From: Verrucomicrobiota bacterium
Lineage (GTDB): Bacteria > Verrucomicrobiota > Verrucomicrobiia > Limisphaerales > UBA1412
Length of the DNA stretch: 45,462 nucleotides
Direction: 5' to 3'
NCBI GenBank assembly: GCA_016283885.1
Contig: JAEENR010000096.1
Coordinates: 1 to 45,462, forward strand
In this document: piece after piece, positions 17,712 through 26,024 of the stretch
Layout: each line of letters begins with the position of its first letter
Position numbering within the stretch: the first letter of the stretch is position 1
Program-made: the position numbers and the translations under genes
Notes under the pieces: model-generated
What the model was told of the DNA's origin: nothing
Database searches by the model: none
Seen by the model: the letters and a program-made list of their open reading frames with translations, nothing else

Positions 17712-19757
17712 ATGAAACAAGCTCAATGGATATTGCTTGGTTTGCTGACGCTGGGATTCGATGCCGCGGCAACGGATTTCAGTGTCAGCCAATCGAATGA
17801 AAAGTATATTCCTTGTTTCAGTGAAAACGGAAAGGTGTTATTGATGCCTTCTCCGGAAGGGCTCTGGTCTATTTCCACTCATTGGGAAAATGACTGGCCT
17901 GCTGATTGGAAATATGCGCAGGCGGATCGTCTGGAAAAAAGCGGAGACTGGACTATTCTCTATGGGGCAATCAGCTTGCCGGAAGGAACCTGGAACCTGC
18001 GGGATGCGTATCGCGTGGAAGGGGATCGGGTAAAATGTGTGCGTCGGTTTGAATGGACAGGGAAAGAAACACTGAAAGAAGTGACTCTTTCTGTCAAATG
18101 GCAAACACCTTCTTATACAGATCGTGTGATGCTGCCGGGCGTCATCAATTATGGGAATCCTTCGGGTTACAAGCATGGCGGATGGATGCCTACTTTTGAT
18201 AAGAAAGTCGCGCCTGAAGCGATGTTTGAGGAACATCATTTCCCCATGCCTTTTGTTTCCGCGGAGGTGGAGACAGATGGTACTCTTTACGGAGTGGCAC
18301 TGCATACGGTTCCAACCTTGGTTCCGGAGAGTAATATCCCGGATCAGTGGTGGTCTTTGGGTGTGATCGCCCAGGACAATTCAACACAGCTGACCCTGCT
18401 ATCTGGGCCGGTGGCTTGGAATGGCAAAAGAAGTTTTGCGAAAGCTCTGCAAAGAGCTCCTATGAAGTATGGCGATACCTGGATGAATGTGGAACCGGGT
18501 ACCATTATCGAAAAAACATTTTATGTGGAAACGTATCCTGTAAAACAGCGAGGCAGTGGATTTATTCATTCTGTGGATACCAGTATGGATATTTTCAAGC
18601 CTTACTATGTGGAGGATATGCCGTCATTTTCCGAAATCATTCATGAGAAATACAGATTTGCCTGCAAACGGTATTTTGAGAATGACAAGGGGGCTGGGTT
18701 CTGTATGTATCCGGAAAATTACGGTCCGCATTATGTGTTTGGCTGGTGTGGTCAAGCGGCCGCGCCTGGTTACGCTTTGCAAAGATTGAAGCCCTTCCTG
18801 GATGATCCTAAGGTGGATGAAAAGATCCAGAAATCATTGGATAAGCTCTCAGAGGCTCCTTTCAATGAATCTGGATTTCTAATCCATTATGTCGTAAATG
18901 ATGACCGCTGGGAGGGACAGGATCCTCTTTCTCAGGGGCAGGGGATGAATAACGTGGCTAAGGCGATCATTGCTGCTAAAAAAGATAAATCTCAATACGA
19001 TACCAGTAAGTGGGAAGCCTTTCTGCGGAAAGCGTGTGACTGCCATGCCAAACGGATCCTTTCAGATGACTGGAATCCGGTTTCTACGAATGAGGGTTTT
19101 CTGATTTCTCCGTTGTGTATAGCCAGTGAGTTGTATAATGAGCCACTATACAAACAAGCCGCTTTGAAAGCCGCGGATTACTATGCCAAGCGTCATTTGT
19201 CTATGGATGAACCTTATTGGGGAGGAACACTAGACGCGACCGGTGAGGATAAGGAAGGTGCCTGGGCTGCGTTCCAGGGTTTTCTTGCTGTCTATGAGTT
19301 GACTCATGAGGCTAAGTATCTAGCCTACGCCGAGCATGCTGCTTACAACGCCTTGTGTTACACTGTGGTGTGGGACATCCCGATGCCGGCTTCCCGAATG
19401 GGGAATCACGCGTTTAAATCTCGTGGCTGGACGGCTGTTTCTCCGCAGAATATGCATTTGGATGTATTTGGAGTGATGTACACGCCGCATTTGTATAAAC
19501 TGGGAGTTTATCTCAATAAGGAATCTCTGAAGCGGGTGGCGATCCTGATGTACAGATCTTGCGGTCAAATGATGGATCCGTTTGGTTCGCAGGGAGAACA
19601 GCTGCAGCATACGAATTTTGCGCAGCATGGCAATATGACCAATATTTACAAATTCCGAGGCGGTTACGCGGAAGGATGGACGGTGTTTTGGATCACTGCC
19701 CACTTCCTGAACGCGGCGGCGGATTTCATGGAAATCGATCCGGAGTTATTGAAATAA
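17712..19757 (+). CDS. Secreted 681-aa protein of unknown family (beta-rich N-terminal half, helical repeat C-terminal half)
   Basis: Signal peptide MKQAQWILLGLLTLGFDAAA. It starts 11 nt after the upstream stop. The C-terminal half has alpha/alpha-barrel-like segments (GWCGQAAAPGYAL, YWGGTLDATGEDKEGAWAAFQGFLAVYELT), but I recognise no diagnostic motif. Confidence 0.55.
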   Translation: MKQAQWILLGLLTLGFDAAATDFSVSQSNEKYIPCFSENGKVLLMPSPEGLWSISTHWENDWPADWKYAQADRLEKSGDWTILYGAISLPEGTWNLRDAYRVEGDRVKCVRRFEWTGKETLKEVTLSVKWQTPSYTDRVMLPGVINYGNPSGYKHGGWMPTFDKKVAPEAMFEEHHFPMPFVSAEVETDGTLYGVALHTVPTLVPESNIPDQWWSLGVIAQDNSTQLTLLSGPVAWNGKRSFAKALQRAPMKYGDTWMNVEPGTIIEKTFYVETYPVKQRGSGFIHSVDTSMDIFKPYYVEDMPSFSEIIHEKYRFACKRYFENDKGAGFCMYPENYGPHYVFGWCGQAAAPGYALQRLKPFLDDPKVDEKIQKSLDKLSEAPFNESGFLIHYVVNDDRWEGQDPLSQGQGMNNVAKAIIAAKKDKSQYDTSKWEAFLRKACDCHAKRILSDDWNPVSTNEGFLISPLCIASELYNEPLYKQAALKAADYYAKRHLSMDEPYWGGTLDATGEDKEGAWAAFQGFLAVYELTHEAKYLAYAEHAAYNALCYTVVWDIPMPASRMGNHAFKSRGWTAVSPQNMHLDVFGVMYTPHLYKLGVYLNKESLKRVAILMYRSCGQMMDPFGSQGEQLQHTNFAQHGNMTNIYKFRGGYAEGWTVFWITAHFLNAAADFMEIDPELLK

Positions 19758-19787
19758 CGAAGGAATCCTGCTTTCAGAGTTGAAATT

Positions 19788-19815
19788 TGGCAGTAGCTTT
19801 TATACGCTACTGCCA
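19788..19815 (+). terminator. Hairpin terminator candidate ending the glycosidase operon
   Basis: A 10-bp perfect stem, tggcagtagc / loop ttttatac / gctactgcca, 31 nt after the stop. The downstream T-tract is poor (ttgat). Confidence 0.5.
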
Positions 19816-19853
19816 TTGATAGCCTGAGGCTGCAATGGCTGACGGTATAGATT

Positions 19854-20735
19854 ATGAGTGACAAGAATGTTTTGAGATTGGGACTCCCCAAGGGGAGCTT
19901 ACAGGAAGCAACCTTCGAGAAAATGGCTAAAGCCGGATGGCATATCCAGACTTCCAGCCGTTCTTATACTCCCCATGTGGATGATGATGAACTGGATGTT
20001 CGCCTTTTTCGTGCTCAAGAGATCAGCCGCTATGTGGAACATGGATATTTGGATTGTGGTTTGACCGGTTATGACTGGATCTGTGAGAACCGCTCCAACG
20101 TCAAGGAAATAGGGGAATTTTGCTTCAGCAAAGTCAGCAGTCGTCCGGCTCGCTGGGTTTTAGCTGTGCCGGAGGAGTCGCCTATCCAATCTGTTAAAGA
20201 TTTGCAAGGGAAGAGGATCGCAACAGAAGTCGTTAATTTGACAAAGGATTACCTTGCTAAAAACGGAGTAACCGCGGAGGTTGAATTCTCTTGGGGTGCG
20301 ACCGAGGTAAAAGCCCGTGAATTGGTGGACGCTATCGTGGATGTGACCGAGACCGGAAGCAGTTTGAGAGCGGCCAGATTAAAAATAATTGATACCCTCC
20401 TGGAATCTACACCGAGACTGATCGTTAATCATGATTCTTGGAAGAATGATTGGAAACGTCAGAAAATCAACACGATAGTGATGATGCTGAACGGAGCTTT
20501 AGCCGCGGAGCGCAAGGTTGGACTCAAATTAAATGTCGAAAGAAAAAATTTAGATAAATTACTTGCTGGACTTCCTGCCCTCAAAAATCCTACAATAGCC
20601 GAGTTGAGCCTCCCCGGGTGGGTGGCTGTCGAAACAATCATAGACGAATCTGTCGTCAGAGAGCTGATTCCTCAGCTTAAAAACGCTGGCGGAGAGGGGA
20701 TTATTGAATATCCTTTGAATAAGATTGTATTTTAA
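19854..20735 (+). CDS. hisG: ATP phosphoribosyltransferase, long form
   Basis: Motifs LRLGLPKGSLQE, LDCGLTGYDW and DAIVDVTETGSSLRA, plus a C-terminal regulatory domain. 293 aa. No other his genes are adjacent. Confidence 0.9.
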   Translation: MSDKNVLRLGLPKGSLQEATFEKMAKAGWHIQTSSRSYTPHVDDDELDVRLFRAQEISRYVEHGYLDCGLTGYDWICENRSNVKEIGEFCFSKVSSRPARWVLAVPEESPIQSVKDLQGKRIATEVVNLTKDYLAKNGVTAEVEFSWGATEVKARELVDAIVDVTETGSSLRAARLKIIDTLLESTPRLIVNHDSWKNDWKRQKINTIVMMLNGALAAERKVGLKLNVERKNLDKLLAGLPALKNPTIAELSLPGWVAVETIIDESVVRELIPQLKNAGGEGIIEYPLNKIVF

Positions 20736-20754
20736 CAGAAGAGATTGATTAACT

Positions 20755-20856
20755 ATGGGATCACTGAAAAAACGTCGTAAATCGAAGATCAATAAGCACA
20801 AGCGCCGTAAGAAAATGCGTGAAAATCGCCATAAGAAGCGCACTTGGCAGAAGTAA
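20755..20856 (+). CDS. 33-aa highly basic peptide, ribosomal protein bS22-like (AURKAIP1/COX24-type)
   Basis: Not in the ORF track because it is under 60 aa. ATG 20755 to TAA 20856 encodes MGSLKKRRKSKINKHKRRKKMRENRHKKRTWQK, with 18 of 33 residues K/R. It starts 19 nt after the hisG stop. A weak hairpin plus a T8 run follow at about 20870-20912. Confidence 0.6.
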   Translation: MGSLKKRRKSKINKHKRRKKMRENRHKKRTWQK

Positions 20857-20970
20857 TTTGTAATTCGTGATGCACGATGATGTCTAAAAAAGACGCGGAG
20901 TGCATTTTTTTTCGACTTTCACGTTGTCAACCTTGATTCATTGGCTGGCAGCGTGTATCTTTTTTAGGGG

Positions 20971-22788
20971 ATGAAACAAAAACGATTTTGGTTCAGTTTG
21001 ATGGTTGTCCTTGCCTTGGCCATGGTGCAGAGCGGCTGCAAGACCCATCCTGCGGATAAGGCAGATACGGAGAAAAATTCAGAATCTGTTGAGGCGGAAA
21101 ATGCTTCTGATGATTCATTGATTGAGATAGTACCCGTTTCGGATCCTTTTGATACAACACAGAAACGCACTGAATTTAAGGCTCTTTGTGCGGAAGAGCA
21201 GCGTGTCAACGCGCTGGCGAGGTATGCTGCTGGTATCAGTCAAGAGATCAATCCATCAGATTCCCCGGAGGCTGCTTTTGTGGAATTTCTCCAGGCCGCT
21301 AATGCCGACCCTGCCAATGAAGCATTGGTTATTCGTGTTTGTCATGAACTGATCTCAATGGACAAGGCTGATGACGCAGCCAAGTTGCTCAAACTTTCCT
21401 GCGACCGTAAAGATGCCAGTGCTAATATCTATTCTTGGAGAGCCTTAGCTGTTGCTGCTACAGGGGATAGCAAGTCTGCCATCAAGATAGCAAAACAGGC
21501 TATCAAAATATCTAAAGAAACGGCTTTAGCCTATCAAGTGCTGTTTGGACTTTATGTGGATGCCGGCAATACCAAAGAAGCCTTAAAGGTACTGGAAACT
21601 GCAGAGCAGGAAGCACAGGATTCCATTCCATTCCTGGTGGATCTGGCTCAGATGTACCTGAATAACAGTGATAAGATCGATCCGCTGGGAATTGACTCTG
21701 TAGGCGCTGTTAAGCGCCAACTAGTTGCCATTGAGTCTATTTTAGAAAAAACTCCTGAAGTAAAACCGGAGGCTTTAGAGGTCTTGGGTGATATTTATGC
21801 TCGTGTGGAAGAATATCAAAAGGCGCATGATATTTATGGAAAACTTCTTGAGCAGTATCCAAAGAATCCGCAGTTGCGGGAGAAACGCGCTCTGACTTTC
21901 CTGGCACTGGAAGATGTGTCCAGAGCCGAACAGGAATTGAGAATGTTGCTGAGAGAAAATCCCACTAATCCGCATTACTGTTTGCTGCTAGGAGATATCT
22001 ACCAACAACGTAAGCAGTTCAAAGAGGCGGGTGATTTTTACTATTACGCGGCAACTATTAACCCCAGCCACCCGGAAATCTATTTGCTGGCGGCAGCTAT
22101 GCGCTTGGAAGAAGGATCCCCACAAAAAGCTTTAGACGCAGTGGAGCTAGCCAGAAATGCGGGAGTTCTTTCTTTTCGCTTAGAATATGTATCGGCAATA
22201 GCCTATATGCAATTGGGACGTTATGAAGACGCGCTCAAATGTATGCTGGCAGCTGAAGAGGTGGATAAAGAATCAGGTGGAGAAAATCTTCAGCCTGTAT
22301 TCTATTTATTATTGGCAGACCTATATGATCAAATTGGAAAGGCGGATGAATCTTTGGCTCTTGTAGAATCTGTCTATGAAAAAAATCCGGATTCCGCAGA
22401 AGTTCTAAATGCTTTGGGATATATCTATGCCGATCAGGGTATCCATCTGGAAAAAGCACTGGAAATGATCCAAAAAGCGGTGCAGGAATCTCCGGATAAC
22501 GAGGCTTATTTGGATAGCTTAGCCTGGGTTTTATATAAGCTGGGCAAACCGGAAGAAGCGCTGCCTCATCAATTAAAGATTTTTGAATCATCTCCGAAAT
22601 TGAATCCGGAAGCCGGTGCCGTGTATAGTGATCACTTGGGGGATATTTATAATGCCTTGGGTAAGAAGGATGAAGCTGTCGAAGCCTGGAAAAAAGCTCT
22701 GGAACAGTACGGACAGATCAAAAACATTCCCCCTCGAGACAAAGCACTTCGAGACAAAGTTCAGCAGAAGTTAGAATCTGCACAGTAG
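20971..22788 (+). CDS. TPR-repeat protein with signal peptide, probably a lipoprotein
   Basis: The N-terminus MKQKRFWFSLMVVLALAMVQSGC ends in Cys. It is followed by many 34-residue TPR-like repeats (e.g. ALNALGYIYADQG, AYLDSLAWVLYKLGKPEEA). Confidence 0.8.
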   Translation: MKQKRFWFSLMVVLALAMVQSGCKTHPADKADTEKNSESVEAENASDDSLIEIVPVSDPFDTTQKRTEFKALCAEEQRVNALARYAAGISQEINPSDSPEAAFVEFLQAANADPANEALVIRVCHELISMDKADDAAKLLKLSCDRKDASANIYSWRALAVAATGDSKSAIKIAKQAIKISKETALAYQVLFGLYVDAGNTKEALKVLETAEQEAQDSIPFLVDLAQMYLNNSDKIDPLGIDSVGAVKRQLVAIESILEKTPEVKPEALEVLGDIYARVEEYQKAHDIYGKLLEQYPKNPQLREKRALTFLALEDVSRAEQELRMLLRENPTNPHYCLLLGDIYQQRKQFKEAGDFYYYAATINPSHPEIYLLAAAMRLEEGSPQKALDAVELARNAGVLSFRLEYVSAIAYMQLGRYEDALKCMLAAEEVDKESGGENLQPVFYLLLADLYDQIGKADESLALVESVYEKNPDSAEVLNALGYIYADQGIHLEKALEMIQKAVQESPDNEAYLDSLAWVLYKLGKPEEALPHQLKIFESSPKLNPEAGAVYSDHLGDIYNALGKKDEAVEAWKKALEQYGQIKNIPPRDKALRDKVQQKLESAQ

Positions 22789-22834
22789 CCTTTCGTGATA
22801 CTATCAAGCGGTTACAGATAGGTTACTAACCCTT

Positions 22835-22872
22835 AAAATGCCATTAGAACTTTCTCGTTCTAATGGCATTTT
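22835..22872. terminator. Bidirectional rho-independent terminator between convergent genes
   Basis: aaaatgccattagaac / loop tttctc / gttctaatggcatttt. A 13-bp perfect stem is flanked by an A-run and a T-run. It sits between stops at 22788 (+) and 22882 (-). Confidence 0.85.
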
Positions 22873-22881
22873 GAGTTATCA

Positions 22882-23238
22882 CTACTGTTTTTGTTTTTCG
22901 TAGTTAAATGTATTGCCAACGCCAAAGTGAATTATCCAATCAGGTTTCCCCGGAATGGGAATCCAATATCCGAATGCTTTACCAAAAGCTCCATCGTAAG
23001 TAATACAAACGGGGATATTGCTGTTTACCGCTTCATTGCAGCGACAGCCTTTATGATTTTCTGGTTTTCCGATAGAAGAGCATTTGATTCCTGGTTTTAA
23101 ACCTAGTTCTTCACCTTTCTTATTGACGGCAATCATCTCACGGCTTTTTTGCGTGATCATGACTGGTTCAGGAAAGTTATCCCACATAAGGTGGAAAGCT
23201 TGAATGATCTCTTCATTTGTCCAAATTTTTGAATTCAT
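22882..23238 (-). CDS. Hypothetical 118-aa protein, PAS-like N-terminal half with a Cys/His cluster
   Basis: GAGGA lies 8 nt upstream of ATG 23238. The sequence MWDNFPEPVMITQKSREMIAVNKKGEELG resembles the start of a PAS fold. It is followed by C-x10-H-x2-C-x-C (KCSSIGKPENHKGCRCNEA). No firm family assignment. Confidence 0.5.
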   Translation of the reverse strand: MNSKIWTNEEIIQAFHLMWDNFPEPVMITQKSREMIAVNKKGEELGLKPGIKCSSIGKPENHKGCRCNEAVNSNIPVCITYDGAFGKAFGYWIPIPGKPDWIIHFGVGNTFNYEKQKQ

Positions 23239-23531
23239 AATCTATCCTCAAATGATATTCATATTGTTCTTAGTGCCCAAAGCACATCAAGCCCAAACCA
23301 TTGCTTTTGCTGCATACGTCGTGCCTGGCTGAAATTATGTTCTTTTTACAATTTATTTGTCGATAGAAAAAATTCTTCGGTAATGTTTCATAGATTTTCT
23401 GATTTCATGTCATCAACCCTTAAACGTTATTATAAAACAAGTTAATATATTAGAATTTCTAATTCTCTTGTTTATTTTTTATCTTTTAGCTTGAGATTTT
23501 TGTATGCCTTGTGTTCAATAGGGAGCGGGAT

Positions 23532-24707
23532 ATGGATTATAAGATATCTAAAAGAGCAGCCGGTGTAACTCCCTCCTTGACGCTGGCTATTGACGCAAAA
23601 GCAAAACAGATGAAAGCCGAAGGTTTGGATGTTGTCGGCTTTGGTGCAGGGGAACCTGATTTTTCAACTCCGCAGCATATTCAGGATGCGGCAGTAGATG
23701 CCATGCGCAAAGGAATGACCAAGTACACTCCAAGTAGTGGATTACTTGTTTTGCGACAAGCTGTTGCTGATAAATTCAAGAGAGATTTAGGGCTGACTTT
23801 TGAGCCCAATCAAATCGTTATCTCCTGTGGTGGTAAACATTCATGTTTCAATACGATCATGGCTCTTTGTCAGGAGGGAGATGAAGTTATTATTCCGTCT
23901 CCTTACTGGGTTAGTTATCCCGAAATGGTCAAAATGGCAGGGGCGACTCCTGTTTTTGTGCAGGGAACGGATGCCACGGAGTTTAAAATCACAGCGGAAC
24001 AACTTCGTAACGCAGTCACTCCCAGAACAAAGCTGCTTATTCTAAATTCTCCCTGCAATCCAACGGGCAGTGTTTATACCCGTGAAGAGCTGAAAGCTCT
24101 GGCAGATGTTTGTGTTGAGAAAGATCTCTACATTATGAGTGATGAGATTTATGAAAAACTTTGTTACGATGGAGCTCAGCATGTCAGTATCGCGACTATT
24201 TCACCGCAGGCCGCAGAAAGAACAGTTATCGTAAGTGGATTGTCCAAAGCGTATTCCATGACTGGGTGGAGGATCGGTATCACGGCTGCTCCGCTGGTGA
24301 TAGCCAAAGCGGTTGGAGCGATGCAAAGCCATAGCACTAGCAACCCGGTGTCCTTTGCCCAAATGGGCGCGGTAGCCGCGTTGAATGGTTCTCAGGATCA
24401 TTTGTCTGTGTGGCTTCAGGAATACAGCAAGCGTCGTACTTATATTTATGAGAGACTCAATCAGATGCCGGGAGTTTCCTGTGTAAACGCAAAAGGCGCA
24501 TTTTATCTGTTTCCTAATATCTCGGCAACGGGGATGAAATCTGTGGAGTTTGCCGCTCGTTTACTTGAGGAAGAGAAAGTGGCTGTTGTGCCAGGTATCG
24601 CTTTTGGTTCGGATGCAAATATCCGTCTCAGTTACGCGACTTCGATGCAGGTGATCGAAAAGGGAATGGACCGAATGGAGCGTTTTTGTAAGAAAATTGC
24701 TAAGTAA
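23532..24707 (+). CDS. Class-I PLP-dependent aminotransferase, aspartate aminotransferase-like
   Basis: Motifs GAGEPDF, NSPCNPTG and the PLP-lysine motif SKAYSMTGWRIG. ATG 23532 with GGGAG upstream is preferred over GTG 23511. Confidence 0.85.
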   Translation: MDYKISKRAAGVTPSLTLAIDAKAKQMKAEGLDVVGFGAGEPDFSTPQHIQDAAVDAMRKGMTKYTPSSGLLVLRQAVADKFKRDLGLTFEPNQIVISCGGKHSCFNTIMALCQEGDEVIIPSPYWVSYPEMVKMAGATPVFVQGTDATEFKITAEQLRNAVTPRTKLLILNSPCNPTGSVYTREELKALADVCVEKDLYIMSDEIYEKLCYDGAQHVSIATISPQAAERTVIVSGLSKAYSMTGWRIGITAAPLVIAKAVGAMQSHSTSNPVSFAQMGAVAALNGSQDHLSVWLQEYSKRRTYIYERLNQMPGVSCVNAKGAFYLFPNISATGMKSVEFAARLLEEEKVAVVPGIAFGSDANIRLSYATSMQVIEKGMDRMERFCKKIAK

Positions 24708-24747
24708 AGTTATTGTTTATCAATTACTATCAATAATTTAAAGAAGA

Positions 24748-25995
24748 ATGAAAGAATCTTATATACAAGGATTATTTGCCGAGAGGATCGGTGGAGCTAA
24801 TTACGGTAAGGATACCGCGATTTATAAATTTGAAAAAATCAAACGCGCGAAACGTGCCGCGATGGCGGCGAACCCAAAAGTCAAGCTGATCGATATGGGA
24901 GTAGGTGAGCCTGACGCAATGGCTCCGACTAAATTAGTGAATGCTCTCTATCGTGAAGCACGCAAACCGGAAAACAGAGGTTATGCGGATAATGGCGACA
25001 ATGTTTTGAAAGAAGCCGCAGCCAAATATATGGAACAAGTTTGTGGTGTGAAAGGAATCGATCCCCAAACTCAAATCATTCATAGTATTGGCAGCAAATC
25101 GGCTCTTTCCATTCTTCCCGCGGTTTTGATCAATCCGGGTGATTATGTCTTGATGACCACACCGGGATATCCCGTTTTTGGAACTCATGCCAAGTATTAC
25201 GGTGGCAAGGTTTATAATATGCCTCTTTTGGAGAAGAAACACTTCCTTCCGGATTTGGATGCTGTTCCTGCGGATATTTTGGTCAAAGCTAAAGTGATGG
25301 TTTTAAACTATCCTAATAATCCCACAGGTGCCAGCGCGACTCCTGAGTTTTTTGCTAAGGTCGTGGAATTTGCCAAAAAGAATAATATCGTGGTGATCCA
25401 TGACGCAGCCTATTCTGCACTGGTGTTCCAAGGTAAACCTCTTTCCTTCCTAGCTACTCCTGGAGCAATGGATGTAGGAGTGGAACTTCATTCTGCCAGC
25501 AAGATGTTCAATATGACCGGTTGGCGCTGTGGTTTTGTTGTGGGTAATCCGCTGTTGGTCAAAGCTTATGGTGATGTGAAAGATAATACAGACTCGGGTC
25601 AGTTCCTGGCTATCCAGCACGCTGTTGCGGAAGGACTATTAAATCCTTCTTTCACCAAGCGCATTGTCAGCAAATACTCCCGCCGTATGACGGGACTTGT
25701 GAGGACGTTAAAATCTTTGGGATTCAAAGTCCGCAAACCCAAAGGTTCATTCTACCTTTATACTAAAGCACCCAAGGCAGCTGTTAAGGCAAATGGTTCT
25801 CGCATAGAATTCGCAACAGCGGAAGCGGTTTCTCAATGGCTGATCACAGAGAAATTGATTTCTACTGTGCCTTGGGATGACGCAGGTGCCTATCTGCGCT
25901 TTAGTGTGACCTTTGCCGCTCCGACAGTGGCCGACGAAAAACTCATTCTCGAAGAAATTGCCAAACGCCTTGGCGATGTGAAGTTTGAGTTTTAG
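24748..25995 (+). CDS. Class-I PLP-dependent aminotransferase (possibly LL-diaminopimelate aminotransferase-like; specificity uncertain)
   Basis: Motifs [15 protein letters not shown] and [15 protein letters not shown]. From memory, the N-terminal [28 protein letters not shown] pattern is seen in proteins annotated as LL-DAP/aspartate aminotransferase. Confidence 0.75.
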   Translation: MKESYIQGLFAERIGGANYGKDTAIYKFEKIKRAKRAAMAANPKVKLIDMGVGEPDAMAPTKLVNALYREARKPENRGYADNGDNVLKEAAAKYMEQVCGVKGIDPQTQIIHSIGSKSALSILPAVLINPGDYVLMTTPGYPVFGTHAKYYGGKVYNMPLLEKKHFLPDLDAVPADILVKAKVMVLNYPNNPTGASATPEFFAKVVEFAKKNNIVVIHDAAYSALVFQGKPLSFLATPGAMDVGVELHSASKMFNMTGWRCGFVVGNPLLVKAYGDVKDNTDSGQFLAIQHAVAEGLLNPSFTKRIVSKYSRRMTGLVRTLKSLGFKVRKPKGSFYLYTKAPKAAVKANGSRIEFATAEAVSQWLITEKLISTVPWDDAGAYLRFSVTFAAPTVADEKLILEEIAKRLGDVKFEF

Positions 25996-26024
25996 TATCA
26001 TTTTATAAGGCCAGGCATTTATTT

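Noticed and set aside
20559-20843. 94-aa minus-strand ORF spanning the hisG 3-prime end and the hisG-TPR spacer.
   Set aside because: It is the antisense shadow of hisG and of the Lys/Arg-rich micro-ORF; AAG/CGN codons read in reverse give the Phe/Leu/Arg-rich sequence seen. The plus-strand 33-codon ORF has a far more meaningful product.
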